Shown one piece after another: positions 23,897 to 31,869 of a stretch of DNA of 64,000 nt. Source of the DNA: Octopus sinensis (lineage: Eukaryota); NCBI RefSeq assembly GCF_006345805.1, contig NC_043001.1, positions 19,778,001-19,842,000 of the forward strand, written 5' to 3'. Below the pieces are notes generated by a model. The model did not search any database and was not told where the DNA came from. It saw only the letters and a program-made list of their open reading frames with translations. Numbering within the stretch: position 1 is the stretch's first letter; every line of letters starts with the position of its first letter. The position numbers and the translations under genes are program-made.

Positions 23897-24685
23897 ACAC
23901 ACACACACACATATATATATATATACAACGGGCTTCTTTCAATTTCCGTCACCAAATCTACTCACAAGGATGTGGTCGGCCCAAGACTATAGAGTAGAAG
24001 ACACTTGCCCAAGGTGCCACGCAATGGGACTTAACCCGGAACCATGTGGTTCACAAGCAAGCTACTTACCACACAGCCACTTCTACGCCTGTTCTCCATA
24101 TCTTAATTGTTTGGCATAAAAAAGAGACCAACAGGATAAGTACCAAACATAAAAAATTATTATTGGGGTTGATTTGTTCGACTAAACCCTTCATGCATGG
24201 CTACAATCCTATGAGTGAAACATCATCATCATCATCGTTTAACATCTGTTTTCCATGCAAAAATGGGTTGGACGGTTCCACCGGGGTCTGGGAAGCTAGG
24301 AGGCTGCACCAGGCTCCAGTCTGATCTGGCAGTGTTTCTACAGCTGGATGCCCTTCCTAACGCCAAGCAATAAAAGATAAAAGAAATGCTGGTACACACA
24401 TTTATGCACACTTTGTTGTCTTTCTTTTTTTTTTTTTTTTCAAACATTTTTTTCATCGTCTTTTTAAGTAAACGTTTCCATCTTTTCTATTGTTCGTTTC
24501 AGCTGTCCCAGAACATCATTCAAGGCTTGCATCAAATTGTACAATCATTGCAACAATATGACTACGACACAGGACTACAAATCCATGCTCACATGATTAA
24601 GCACGGAAACTTTTCTGAAATTGGAAGCTTTATGCCTAGTTTAAAAGTGTTAATGCAAACGGCAAACAATCTCCAAGTACAATGA
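1231..24685 (+). CDS. SEC31: Protein transport protein Sec31 (COPII outer coat), 3' portion; multi-exon, 5' exons lie upstream of the window
   Basis: Exons 1231-1396, 4477-4612, 6965-7050, 8797-8908, 14864-14911, 20091-20219, 20709-20846, 21821-21892 and 24503-24685 all have AG/GT ends. The spliced C-terminus KGPLPNEHQILQDIFDALVENCLKVASNA-QTKRKLEDVVKKLEALYDKLRENS-LSQNIIQGLHQ...NFSEIGSFMPSLKVLMQTANNLQVQ* matches the recalled animal Sec31A C-terminal domain (QTKRKLDDASKRLEFLYDKLRE...NFSETSAFMPVLKV). WNDPP motifs are present. Confidence 0.95.
1480..1852 (-). mobile_element. tRNA-derived SINE family B (CORE-like, internal (CA)/(TA) tract)
   Basis: Minus-strand head aggcgcaggagtggctgtgtggtaag...ggttcagtccc, then cttgggcaagtgtcttct. 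Confidence 0.82.
2165..2598 (-). mobile_element. SINE family B, full length
   Basis: Same head and tail as 1480-1852. Confidence 0.85.
2809..3289 (-). repeat. Inverted near-identical duplicate of 14609..15089, containing an antisense copy of SEC31 microexon D2 (2988..3035)
   Basis: Direct comparison: the reverse complement of 2809-3289 matches 14609-15089 with only scattered substitutions; the exon copy is identical. Confidence 0.92.
3340..3741 (+). mobile_element. Truncated RTE LINE 3' UTR
   Basis: Matches 49440-49969; (GAT)n tail. Confidence 0.85.
4031..4262 (+). mobile_element. CR1-type LINE 3' end
   Basis: Matches 58415-58650, including the (TTA)n tail. Confidence 0.8.
4477..4612 (+). 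CDS. SEC31: SEC31 exon B (GPLAQKYRTHSG...QQQSYP-S)
   Basis: tttcag|GT acceptor (phase 1) and AG|gtttgt donor (phase 2); open frame. Confidence 0.85.
4871..5103 (+). mobile_element. SINE family A, full length
   Basis: A-box-like tggcagaaac, B-box-like gagttcaaattcc, core gtcgactttgcctttcatcctttc.gggtcgataaattaagtacc, tail gtttagccccttgtgggcaataaag. Confidence 0.85.
5411..5690 (+). mobile_element. Truncated RTE 3' UTR
   Basis: aaaagcacccactacactc..gagtggttgg.gttaggaagggcatccagctgtag core. Confidence 0.82.
6471..6722 (+). mobile_element. Truncated RTE 3' UTR
   Basis: Same core plus tail. Confidence 0.82.
6965..7050 (+). CDS. SEC31: SEC31 exon C (PNSYQTSNTYHQQQPMQPSNVYNPNSAP)
   Basis: ttttag|T acceptor (phase 2) and CCAG|gtaaaa donor (phase 1); Pro/Gln/Tyr-rich like neighbouring exons. 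Confidence 0.85.
7565..7897 (+). mobile_element. tRNA-derived SINE family C
   Basis: tggctcaatggttagagc (A box), gagttcgattcc (B box), cttgagcaagacacttt...cagttcactcagctgtaga. Confidence 0.7.
8797..8908 (+). CDS. SEC31: SEC31 exon D (VAPQASAPMGDIPSFQE / MKPNTPWNDPPVFKDNVNNSR), apparent 1-nt frameshift near 8845
   Basis: ttctag| acceptor, CGT|gtaagt donor and a WNDPP motif. The phase-1 frame from exon C stops at TGA 8847-8849; the WNDPP frame is shifted by one base. Confidence 0.8.
9775..9985 (-). mobile_element. SINE family A variant
   Basis: Diverged reverse complement of the family A core. Confidence 0.7.
10161..10480 (-). mobile_element. Truncated RTE 3' UTR
   Basis: (CAT)n then the reverse-complement core. 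Confidence 0.82.
12071..12607 (-). mobile_element. Non-autonomous Helitron
   Basis: The minus strand starts A|TCTATATAATACTAAAAG and ends with a tgacc/ggtca hairpin then CTAG|T. There are three internal subrepeats (ctcgggaacctgcggtccaatttacatg-like). Confidence 0.65.
12960..13325 (-). mobile_element. Degenerate L2/CR1-like LINE RT C-terminus (different family)
   Basis: Frameshifted LQPL..R....LFYCYH.GFCSSEL...P ... PRT..LWN.LP ... FNIQSFKSTIN.I.L pattern. Confidence 0.55.
14326..14525 (-). mobile_element. About 200-bp (AT)n-embedded repeat with hammerhead-like motif (PLE terminal-repeat / retrozyme-like), copy 1
   Basis: Near-identical to 31414-31594; the minus strand reads CTTT-CTGTAGA-A-GAGC-GTAG-GCTC-GAAA-TG-TA-AAAG at 14417-14453. 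Confidence 0.6.
14864..14911 (+). CDS. SEC31: SEC31 microexon D2 (HSGWNDPPLVDPAPVQ), second WNDPP motif
   Basis: tttttatctctgtag| acceptor and CAG|gtaagg donor; 48 nt, phase 0-0, fits between exon D and exon E. An alternative acceptor at 14870 gives a phase-1 start. Confidence 0.75.
15488..15860 (-). mobile_element. Truncated RTE 3' UTR
   Basis: Reverse-complement core. Confidence 0.8.
16121..16349. mobile_element. piggyBac-type MITE, copy 3, with a 34-bp flanking duplication
   Basis: ttaaccctttcattac ... gtaacgaaagggttaa; 16091-16124 is identical to 16346-16379. Confidence 0.85.
16731..16998. repeat. 32-bp minisatellite (about 4 copies) interrupted by a degenerate SINE fragment, resuming at about 16966
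   Basis: Unit acatttttaatcataaatatggtccattaaaa. Confidence 0.85.
18835..19088 (-). mobile_element. CR1-type LINE 3' end
   Basis: Reverse complement of the same 3' sequence. Confidence 0.8.
19350..19510 (+). mobile_element. Truncated RTE 3' UTR, diverged
   Basis: Diverged core plus tail. Confidence 0.7.
20091..20219 (+). CDS. SEC31: SEC31 exon E (QFESPNAIPNQMYG...EHQPQLP)
   Basis: ttgcag| acceptor and CCG|gtaaga donor; 129 nt, phase 0-0, open. Confidence 0.85.
20228..20614 (+). mobile_element. Non-autonomous Helitron
   Basis: A|TCTTTATATATAAAAG start, subterminal hairpin cccg-agcaacac-cggg (20587-20602) and CTAG|T end; no TSD. Confidence 0.8.
20709..20846 (+). CDS. SEC31: SEC31 exon F (QSAPVVNQAPEPVPEVVKGPLPNEHQILQDIFDALVENCLKVASNA)
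   Basis: ttgtag| acceptor and GCT|gtaagt donor; matches Sec31 K.PIP.EH..L...F..L...C. Confidence 0.92.
20872..21291 (-). mobile_element. SINE family B
   Basis: Full-length match. Confidence 0.85.
21325..21640 (-). mobile_element. SINE family B
   Basis: Adjacent second copy. Confidence 0.82.
21821..21892 (+). CDS. SEC31: SEC31 exon G (QTKRKLEDVVKKLEALYDKLRENS)
   Basis: atttag| acceptor and TCG|gtatga donor; highly conserved Sec31 motif. Confidence 0.95.
21962..22225 (-). mobile_element. Truncated RTE 3' UTR
   Basis: Reverse-complement core. Confidence 0.82.
22488..22716. mobile_element. piggyBac-type MITE, copy 4
   Basis: ttaaccctttcgttac ... gtaacgaaaaggttaa. Confidence 0.8.
22840..23115 (+). 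mobile_element. tRNA-derived SINE (family C-related)
   Basis: tggcccagtggttagggc ... gtttcgattccc head. Confidence 0.65.
23350..23620 (-). mobile_element. SINE family C-related
   Basis: Reverse complement contains cttgagcaagacactttatttcatgttgctccagtc.actcagctgg. Confidence 0.65.
23860..24088 (-). mobile_element. SINE family B, 5' half
   Basis: Head plus CORE-like part. Confidence 0.78.
24221..24367 (-). mobile_element. Truncated RTE 3' UTR
   Basis: Reverse-complement core. Confidence 0.8.
24503..24685 (+). CDS. SEC31: SEC31 terminal coding exon H
   Basis: tttcag|CTG acceptor; LSQNIIQGLHQ...NFSEIGSFMPSLKVLMQTANNLQVQ then TGA. Confidence 0.95.
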   Translation: MSQNIIQGLHQIVQSLQQYDYDTGLQIHAHMIKHGNFSEIGSFMPSLKVLMQTANNLQVQ

Positions 24686-25530
24686 ACAATGGGTGATGTA
24701 AATCTCTCTGTTGCATTTATTCTGATTATTCATAAGTCCTTAACTACAAGAAAAGAACTGAACATTTCTCTGAAATCGTGTTAGCAGTTTCTTGCGTCTA
24801 CACAACTGCTAAATACTGGAAACTCGGGTGGGTCAGCAGAATGTTAGCGATTTGGATACTATATATATATATATTCTTTTGACATCATGATTTATTAATA
24901 AAATGTCACGTTTTTTTTTTTTTTTTTTCAAACAATTCTCAAGGAACCTTCATTAGAATTTAATTAAACATTTATATGTTTATTTATTATTATTATTATT
25001 ATTATTTTAATATTTTTTTTTTGCTGCTAATTCTTAAATTATACTTCATTTGATCTATAGTATAATTCTTCTAATTACTGCATGCACTTTGCCGCCTGTT
25101 TTCTTGTCCCCCAAACAGGATAATTTGATCACACATTGATAAAACTTCTGCTGATAACTCAATAAATTTTAATATTTCAACAGAATTTACTTCTGTTAAA
25201 GGTTTTACTTGTTTCTTTATTCCTATCTTGTTCTGTTCATGCTTCTAATTAACTTGTTAAATATCCTCTTGTTTACTTAGTTATGGCTTCTTAAGCCAAT
25301 CATCCTCATGTTCATAGATTAAATATCTCAGTAATAAAAAAAAAAAAATTAAGAAAATTTCTGGGAACAGGGCAGAAAAATATCTATCTTTATTGTACAG
25401 AGCAGTTTGACTTTTCTTTCCTGAAGATAAAATCATTAAAATTTTTTTTTTTAATTATATTTTTAGTGTCAACAATCAGAACTTGATAATAATGCAAATT
25501 TGACTGAATATTATTATTATTATTATTATT

Positions 25531-25757
25531 AGGTGGCGAGCTGGCAGAAACGTTAGCGCGCCGGGCGAAATGCTTAGCAGTATTTCGTCTGACGTTACGT
25601 TCTGAGTTCAAATTCCGCCGAGGTCGACTTTGCCTTTCATCTTTCGGGGTTGATAAATAAAGTACCAGTTTCACACTGGGGTCAATGTAATTGACTTACT
25701 CCCTTTGTCTGTCCTTGTTTGTCCCCTCTATGTTTAGTCCCTTGTGGGCAGTAAAGA
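25531..25757 (+). mobile_element. SINE family A in the putative SEC31 3' UTR
   Basis: Full-length match to 4871-5103. Confidence 0.85.
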
Positions 25758-26243
25758 ATTTTTTTTTTTTTTTTTTTTTTTGTAAATTGTATATTATTAG
25801 TCAAATTCTATAATTATATGGTAAATTTATATTTCATTGTGTGTGTTACACTGAATACTGGATTAAATTGTTTTGAAATGATCAAATGTATAAGTTCAAC
25901 ACTTAGAATGTTTCTAACTTGTATAGTTACAATTTATGATCAAAATTTCTGTAACCATGTTTTTAATCTTTCCTATATAGCATCTTAAATAAGTTTAATT
26001 TGTCTCCAAACTTGTCATCAGTGTAAAATACTAAATCAGGCTTGTGTGTAAATTAGTTACTTAAACAATAACATATCTGTATACAAATCTGGCACTTTAA
26101 GCATCCAATTGAGGCTTTGTGTAGAAAAATTTATTATAAAAGACATATTTAAAAGACATTTAAAAAAAAAAATTCTTATTGATTTGGTGTTATTTTAAGT
26201 TCAGGCAAATACTCTTCATTGAAAAATGTTGTTATCTTAGAAG

Positions 26244-26481
26244 AAGGCGGCAAGCTGGCAGAAATGTTAGCATGCCGGGCGAAATGTGCAGCCATATTTC
26301 TTCTGTCGTTTACGTTGTGAGTTCAAATTCCGCCGAGGTCGACTTTGCCTTTCATCCTTTCGGGGTCGATAAATTAAGTACCAGTTACGCACTGGGGTCG
26401 ATGTAATCGACTTAATACCTATGTCTGTCCTTGTTTGTCCCTTCTGTGTTTAGCCCCTTGTGGGTAATAAAGAAATAGGTA
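26244..26481 (+). mobile_element. SINE family A with 15-bp TSD
   Basis: TSD ttgttatcttagaag at 26229-26243 and 26482-26496. Confidence 0.88.
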
Positions 26482-26883
26482 TTGTTATCTTAGAAGTTAG
26501 GTAAATGATAAATCTGTCAGAAAATAGAATAGCGATTTTTTTTTTTTTTGCATAAAATTTTTTTTAGAAAAACAAAAAAAAGCAAATCATGATGCATAAG
26601 GTGTATAAATGTACAGCAAGTAAAAAAAAAAAAAAGAAAAATAGTTCTTTTTCTTTTGAGAAATTGGGAAAAAAAAAACAACAAAAATTTGTTTTCAGAC
26701 CAATATTGAAATATTTATTTTTGTATATTTTTTCCAGGAAATAAAAATTGTTTTCTGATAAATTTAACTTCTTCCCAAGTGTTAAATGATTGTCTCATTT
26801 GTACTCATTAAGAATAATGCATTGAAAATGTATGGAATAAACTTGTAATTGTATTACAGTTAATTAACACATTATAAATGTGC

Positions 26884-26903
26884 AATAAACTTTGTTCAAT
26901 AAA
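26884..26903 (+). terminator. Candidate SEC31 polyadenylation signals (two AATAAA)
   Basis: AATAAA at 26884 and 26898, followed by the T/GT-rich tract gctgtttttctttgttt. The 24686-26900 stretch is AT/U-rich and UTR-like. Inference only. Confidence 0.45.
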
Positions 26904-27364
26904 CATCTGAAGCTGTTTTTCTTTGTTTATCAAATTTAAGGTCAACAACTAATAAATTTATTTTCTGCCAGTAATAATAATTTTCTCGGTTATTTTACTC
27001 CCGTAACAAATAATCAGGGATTAGTGTAGGGTGCAGGTATGGCTGTGTGGTTTAGAAGTTTAATTTCCAATCACACGGTTTTAGGTTCTGCTCCGATTGT
27101 GTGGCACCCCAGGCAAGTGTCTTCTATAATAGCCCTGGGTCAATCAAAACCTTGTAGTGGATTTGGTTGAGGGAAATATGTTAGTGAGTGAATGGTCATG
27201 CTTAGAAATATGTGAGTGAGTGAATGGTCACGTTTGGAAACCAGTAAAGATTGGTGACAGAAGGAGCATCGACCATAGAAAATCTGCCTCAGTGATGAGG
27301 ATTATACTTTCTTGAACTATAACTAAAGCTTTCCTACATTGTAAATGTTTCGATTTCTACTAAC

Positions 27365-27790
27365 CTCATCTTAAACAATAACTCTGAGCACCTTTTCAAA
27401 CTCCACCCATCTAACACCCGTGGACATATTTACAAAGTCAGAAAACAGCACAGCTCCCATGACTTCAGGAAACATTTTTTCACGCTGAGAGTTGCTGAAG
27501 CATGGAACAAACTGCCGGCATCAGTTGTTGGTTGTCGGAGCACTGCATCCTTCAAAACTTCCATGCTTTCTGAGATTCGCCAACACTACACCTGATTTTC
27601 TCAAAACTTCTATGCTTTCTGAAATTCGCCAACACTACACCTGATTTTCTCCCCTCCATACATACACAAGCATGTATCTGACTCATGCATTGTTTGCTTT
27701 CCAGACATTTGTACATTACTGCATATACTCTGACAAGTTGTGGTGCACCTGAGCACTGTATACAATAATTTCATTATTATTATTATTATT
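27365..27790 (+). mobile_element. CR1-type LINE 3' end with an internal ~42-bp tandem duplication
   Basis: Same 3' sequence and (TTA)n tail; ...atgctttctgagattcgccaacactacacctgattttct occurs twice. Confidence 0.8.
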
Positions 27791-28065
27791 TAGAGATGAC
27801 ATTCATCTGTCCATGGCCAAATGGATAAGCAGGTGATATTACTTGTTGTTCATATCCAGTTTGTTACTATGTTAGATGGTAGGTATCATCTGCAACAGGA
27901 TGAGGAAAGACTTCCGTCCTTTCCCCATTTTCTTCCAAATTTGTTTATTTAAAAAAATTTTTTTTCCAAAAATCCCCATTTTACGATATGGAAAATAGCC
28001 AAAAATTGGCATTGTGAAAGTTTTTTGTCCCTAACTCCTTCAATTTTGACTTTTTTCTGCAACAC

Positions 28066-28096
28066 TAACCCTAAAACCCTAACCCTAACCCTAAAA
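28066..28096. repeat. Short interstitial (CCCTAA)-like tract
   Basis: ctaaccctaaaaccctaaccctaaccctaaaacc. Confidence 0.7.
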
Positions 28097-28629
28097 CCGC
28101 AAGTACAAAAATGTTTTGAAATTTTTGTCCGAACCCTGATGTCTGTATTTTTCCGCATATTTAGAAAAGAAAAAATTCTTAAAAAAAATTTCACAAAGGT
28201 TTTTGGAAAATTTTTTCAGAATCATAATCTCCATATTTTTCCGCTTATTTTGAGAAAAAAAATTCTGAAAAAAGTTAAAAATGAAGGAAATGGGGGTGAG
28301 GTGGGGTGGGATGGTAATTTAGAATTGTCAATTTTTGCCATTTTTTTGCAGATTCGTATTCCCCGTAGCCAAAAAGAGGGTTTGACAAAAAAAAAAAAGG
28401 AAAAAGAAACGTTTTAAAAAAGGGTGGTTTTTTTGGTAGGGGACAGGCGGAAGTCTTGCCCTGGATGGATAATGAACTCTCAATAACATCACCTTCTTCA
28501 GATACTGACCAGCTTTTAGAATGATTAAAGGGCTTTCATTACATTTTCTCCATTAAATTTTTTTCCAATAAATTAGGAGGTACTCAGACAGCAATTCACA
28601 TATCCAAGTGTTTTTAAATGCCTTATATA

Positions 28630-28860
28630 TTTCCTTATTACCCACAAGGGGCTAAACACGGAGAGGACAAATAAGGACTGACAGACGGATTAAGTCAATT
28701 ACATCGACCCAAGTGCGTAACTGGTACTTAATTTATCGACCCCAAAAGGATGAAAGGCAAAGTCGACCTCAGCGGAATTTGAACTCAGAACGTAACAGCA
28801 GACGAAATACGGCTAAGCATTTCGCCCGGCGTGCAAACGATTCTACCAGCTCGCTGCCCT
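28630..28860 (-). mobile_element. SINE family A
   Basis: Full-length reverse complement. Confidence 0.85.
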
Positions 28861-29144
28861 TTTAAATGCCTTATAACTCTCATGAAATAAGTGGAGTATT
28901 TGCGACATCTTGTATTGCGTAACCTAGATTATTTTTTTATTAGAGTTTTGATTCAATCAACAACAAACTATAGGCTTTCTGCAATACTCATGGTCTTCTA
29001 GATCAAAATTTTCACTCTTGGTTCTAGCAAACTACTTACAAACAGTTCTCACAGTTGTGGCACCATCTCCATAAACTTCATATATCCTCTATTACCCTGT
29101 TTATAGAGTGGTGTTTCCTTTTTTGAAATAAAAGAGCATCATAC

Positions 29145-29541
29145 TCTTTCTCTTTTACTTGTTTCAGTCATTTGACTGCGGCCATGCTGGAGCACCGCCT
29201 TTAGTCGAGCAAATCGACCCCGGGACTTATTCTTTGTAAGCCTAGTACTTATTCTATCTGTCTCTTTTGCCGAACTGCTAAGTGACAGGGACGTAAACAC
29301 CAGCATCGGTTGTCAAGCAATGCTAGGGGGACAAACACAGACACACATACACATATATATATATATATACATATATACAACAGGCTTCTTTCAGTTTCTG
29401 TCTACCAAATCCACTCACAAGGCATTGGTCGGCCCGGGGCTATAGCAAAAGTCACTTGCCCAAGATGCCACACAGTGGGACTGAACCCGGAACCATGTGG
29501 TTGGTTAGCAAGCTACTTACCACACAGCCACTCCTGCGCCT
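29145..29541 (-). mobile_element. SINE family B
   Basis: Full-length match. Confidence 0.85.
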
Positions 29542-29639
29542 ATCATCTTCACTTCTAATGTAAAAACAGTAGAAAAATCTATCTATACAGTAATCATATA
29601 GAAAGATGTGTTGAAATGTCACCTTTCAGAAAATATATG

Positions 29640-30065
29640 TATCATCATCATCATCATCGTTAAGCATCCACCTTCCATGCTGGCATGATTTGAACGGTTT
29701 GAGTGAGGGCTGGCAAACCAGAAGGCTGGACCAGGCTCCAATCTGATCTGGCAAGGTTTCTACAGCTGGATGCCCTTCCTAACACCAACCACTCCGAGAG
29801 TGTAGTAGATGCTTTTTACGTGCCACCAGCATGAGTGCCAGTGAGGTGGTACTGGTATCAACCACACTTGAATGGTGCTTTTTACGTGCCACCTGCACGG
29901 AAGCCAGTCAGGCGGCACTGGCAACAGCCACGCTCAAATGGTGCTTTTTACGTGCCACCAGCATGGAAACCAGTCAGGTGGTACTGCAATGACCACGATC
30001 AAATGGTGCTTTTTGCATACTACCAGCATGGAAGCCAGTCAGGCAGTACTGGCATCGGCCTCAAT
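29640..30065 (-). mobile_element. Truncated RTE 3' UTR
   Basis: Core plus ~50-bp subrepeats. Confidence 0.8.
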
Positions 30066-30449
30066 GTATATATATGTCACATACTCCTGTCATGTAAAAA
30101 AATAATCATGTTTAAACACCAACCATTGAAAAATAGTACCAATATTTGTTCCAATCTAATATAGTTGTGCACCTGAGCACTGTATACAATAACTTCATTA
30201 CATTGATATGTAGAATGACTAGGGGAAATAACCAGGAATATCTGCTGCATGAAAACGAAACTGTAAAGTAGTCACTAGCATGTTTAATGCAGCATATTGC
30301 AAAACTATTGTTGGAATTATGCATTTACTGACAGAATCATTTTCTGATTGTTAGTAGTTAAGATAGGGGAGACAACCCTGAGATTTTGGTTAAGTCTCGA
30401 ATGCAGTTAGGAAGTTTTGATCTGAAGAAATTCAATGAGAACTACATAC

Positions 30450-30662
30450 TCTTTACTCTTTTACTTGTTGCAGTCATTTGACTGTGGCCATGCTGGAGCA
30501 CCGCCTTTGGTCGAGCAAATCGACCCCAGGACTTATTCTTTGTAAGCCTAGTACTTACTCTATCGGTCCCTTGCTGAACTGTTAAGTTACGGGGACATCA
30601 ACACACCAGCATTGGTTGTCAAGCGATATTGGGGGGACAAACATATACATACATACACATAT

Positions 30663-30710
<48 letters not shown>

Positions 30711-30853
30711 GACGGGCTTCTTTCAGTTTCCATCTAACAAATCCACTCACAAGGCTTTGGTCGGCCTGAGGCTATAGTAGAAGACACTTGCCCAAGGTGC
30801 CACACAGTAGGACTGAACCCGGAACCATGTGGTTAGTAAGCAAGTTACTTACC
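30450..30853 (-). mobile_element. SINE family B
   Basis: Near full-length match. Confidence 0.82.
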
Positions 30854-31203
30854 ACCCCTTTTTTTTTTTTTAGTATTATTATACTTTGTCACAAAGCATA
30901 GCGTAAGAAATTTGCATCCCATTTGTTTGACATCCGAAGCAAGTGGCTTTTGATATAGCAATAGACTGGCCAAAACTTTGAGGGGATTACGCTGATGGAA
31001 ACTACAAGAAACCCATCTCACACATATATATATATATATGTATGTATATTTATGTGTGTTTGTGTCTCCTTGTCTCGACATCATGAGATTGTTGCAAATG
31101 AATGCCATTCATTTTCGATATTCTGTGAAAACTTTTGTCTGGCCATGGGAAAATATTACCTTGCTTGGAAACAGGTGAGGATTGGTGACAGGAAGTGGGG
31201 TGA

Positions 31204-31365
31204 AAGTCAATTATAGGCGTAGGAGTGGCTGTGTGGTAAGTTGCTTGCTTATGAATCACATGGTTCTGGGTTCAGTCCCGCTGTGTGGCACTATAGCCTC
31301 GGGCCGACCAAAGCCTTGTAAGTGGATTTGGTTGACAGAAACTGAAAGAGGCCTATTGTATATAT
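31204..31365 (+). mobile_element. SINE family B, 5' half
   Basis: aggcgtaggagtggctgtgtggtaag head. Confidence 0.78.
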
Positions 31366-31413
31366 GTGTGTATATATATATATATACACTCTCCCTATAT
31401 ATATATATATATA

Positions 31414-31590
31414 GGGAGAGTTTACGAAAAAAACAAAAGACGAAGACAGGTGGTGTACAAAACAAACAGATGTATTAGTATAACGCTCAGGAATAGAAAA
31501 AGTCTTTTACGTTTCGAGCCTATGCTCTTCTACAGAAAGGGACACAGTAAAAACAAGGAGAGAAAAAATGTGTGTAGTGGCTAATGATCT

Positions 31591-31594
<4 letters not shown>
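31414..31594 (-). mobile_element. Hammerhead-like repeat unit, copy 2
   Basis: The minus strand reads CTTT-CTGTAGA-A-GAGC-ATAG-GCTC-GAAA-CG-TA-AAAG at 31503-31539; (AT)n on both sides. Confidence 0.6.
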
Positions 31595-31629
<35 letters not shown>

Positions 31630-31857
31630 CTTCTGCACGCAAAAATTTTTTTTCTCTCCTTCTTTCTGTGTTTTTTTTTCTCTGTGTATCTTTCTGTTGA
31701 AGAGCGTAGGCTCGAAACGTTAAAGACTTGTTTTATTTATATTTCCTGAGCGCCATACTAATACAATTGTTTGTTTGTATTCCACCTGCCTTCGTCTTTT
31801 GTTTATTTTCCGTAAACCTGCCTTCGTCTTTTGTCTATTTTCATAAAGCTTCCCGTT
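31630..31857 (+). mobile_element. Hammerhead-like repeat unit, copy 3 (related subfamily, inverted relative to copy 2)
   Basis: TCTTT-CTGTTGA-A-GAGC-GTAG-GCTC-GAAA-CG-TT-AAAGA at 31689-31726. Confidence 0.6.
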
Positions 31858-31869
31858 ATATATATATAT

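Noticed and set aside
28025-28417. 130-aa Lys/Phe-rich ORF; telomere
   Set aside because: It is a product of homopolymer-rich, low-complexity sequence, and the CCCTAA tract is only about 30 nt and internal.
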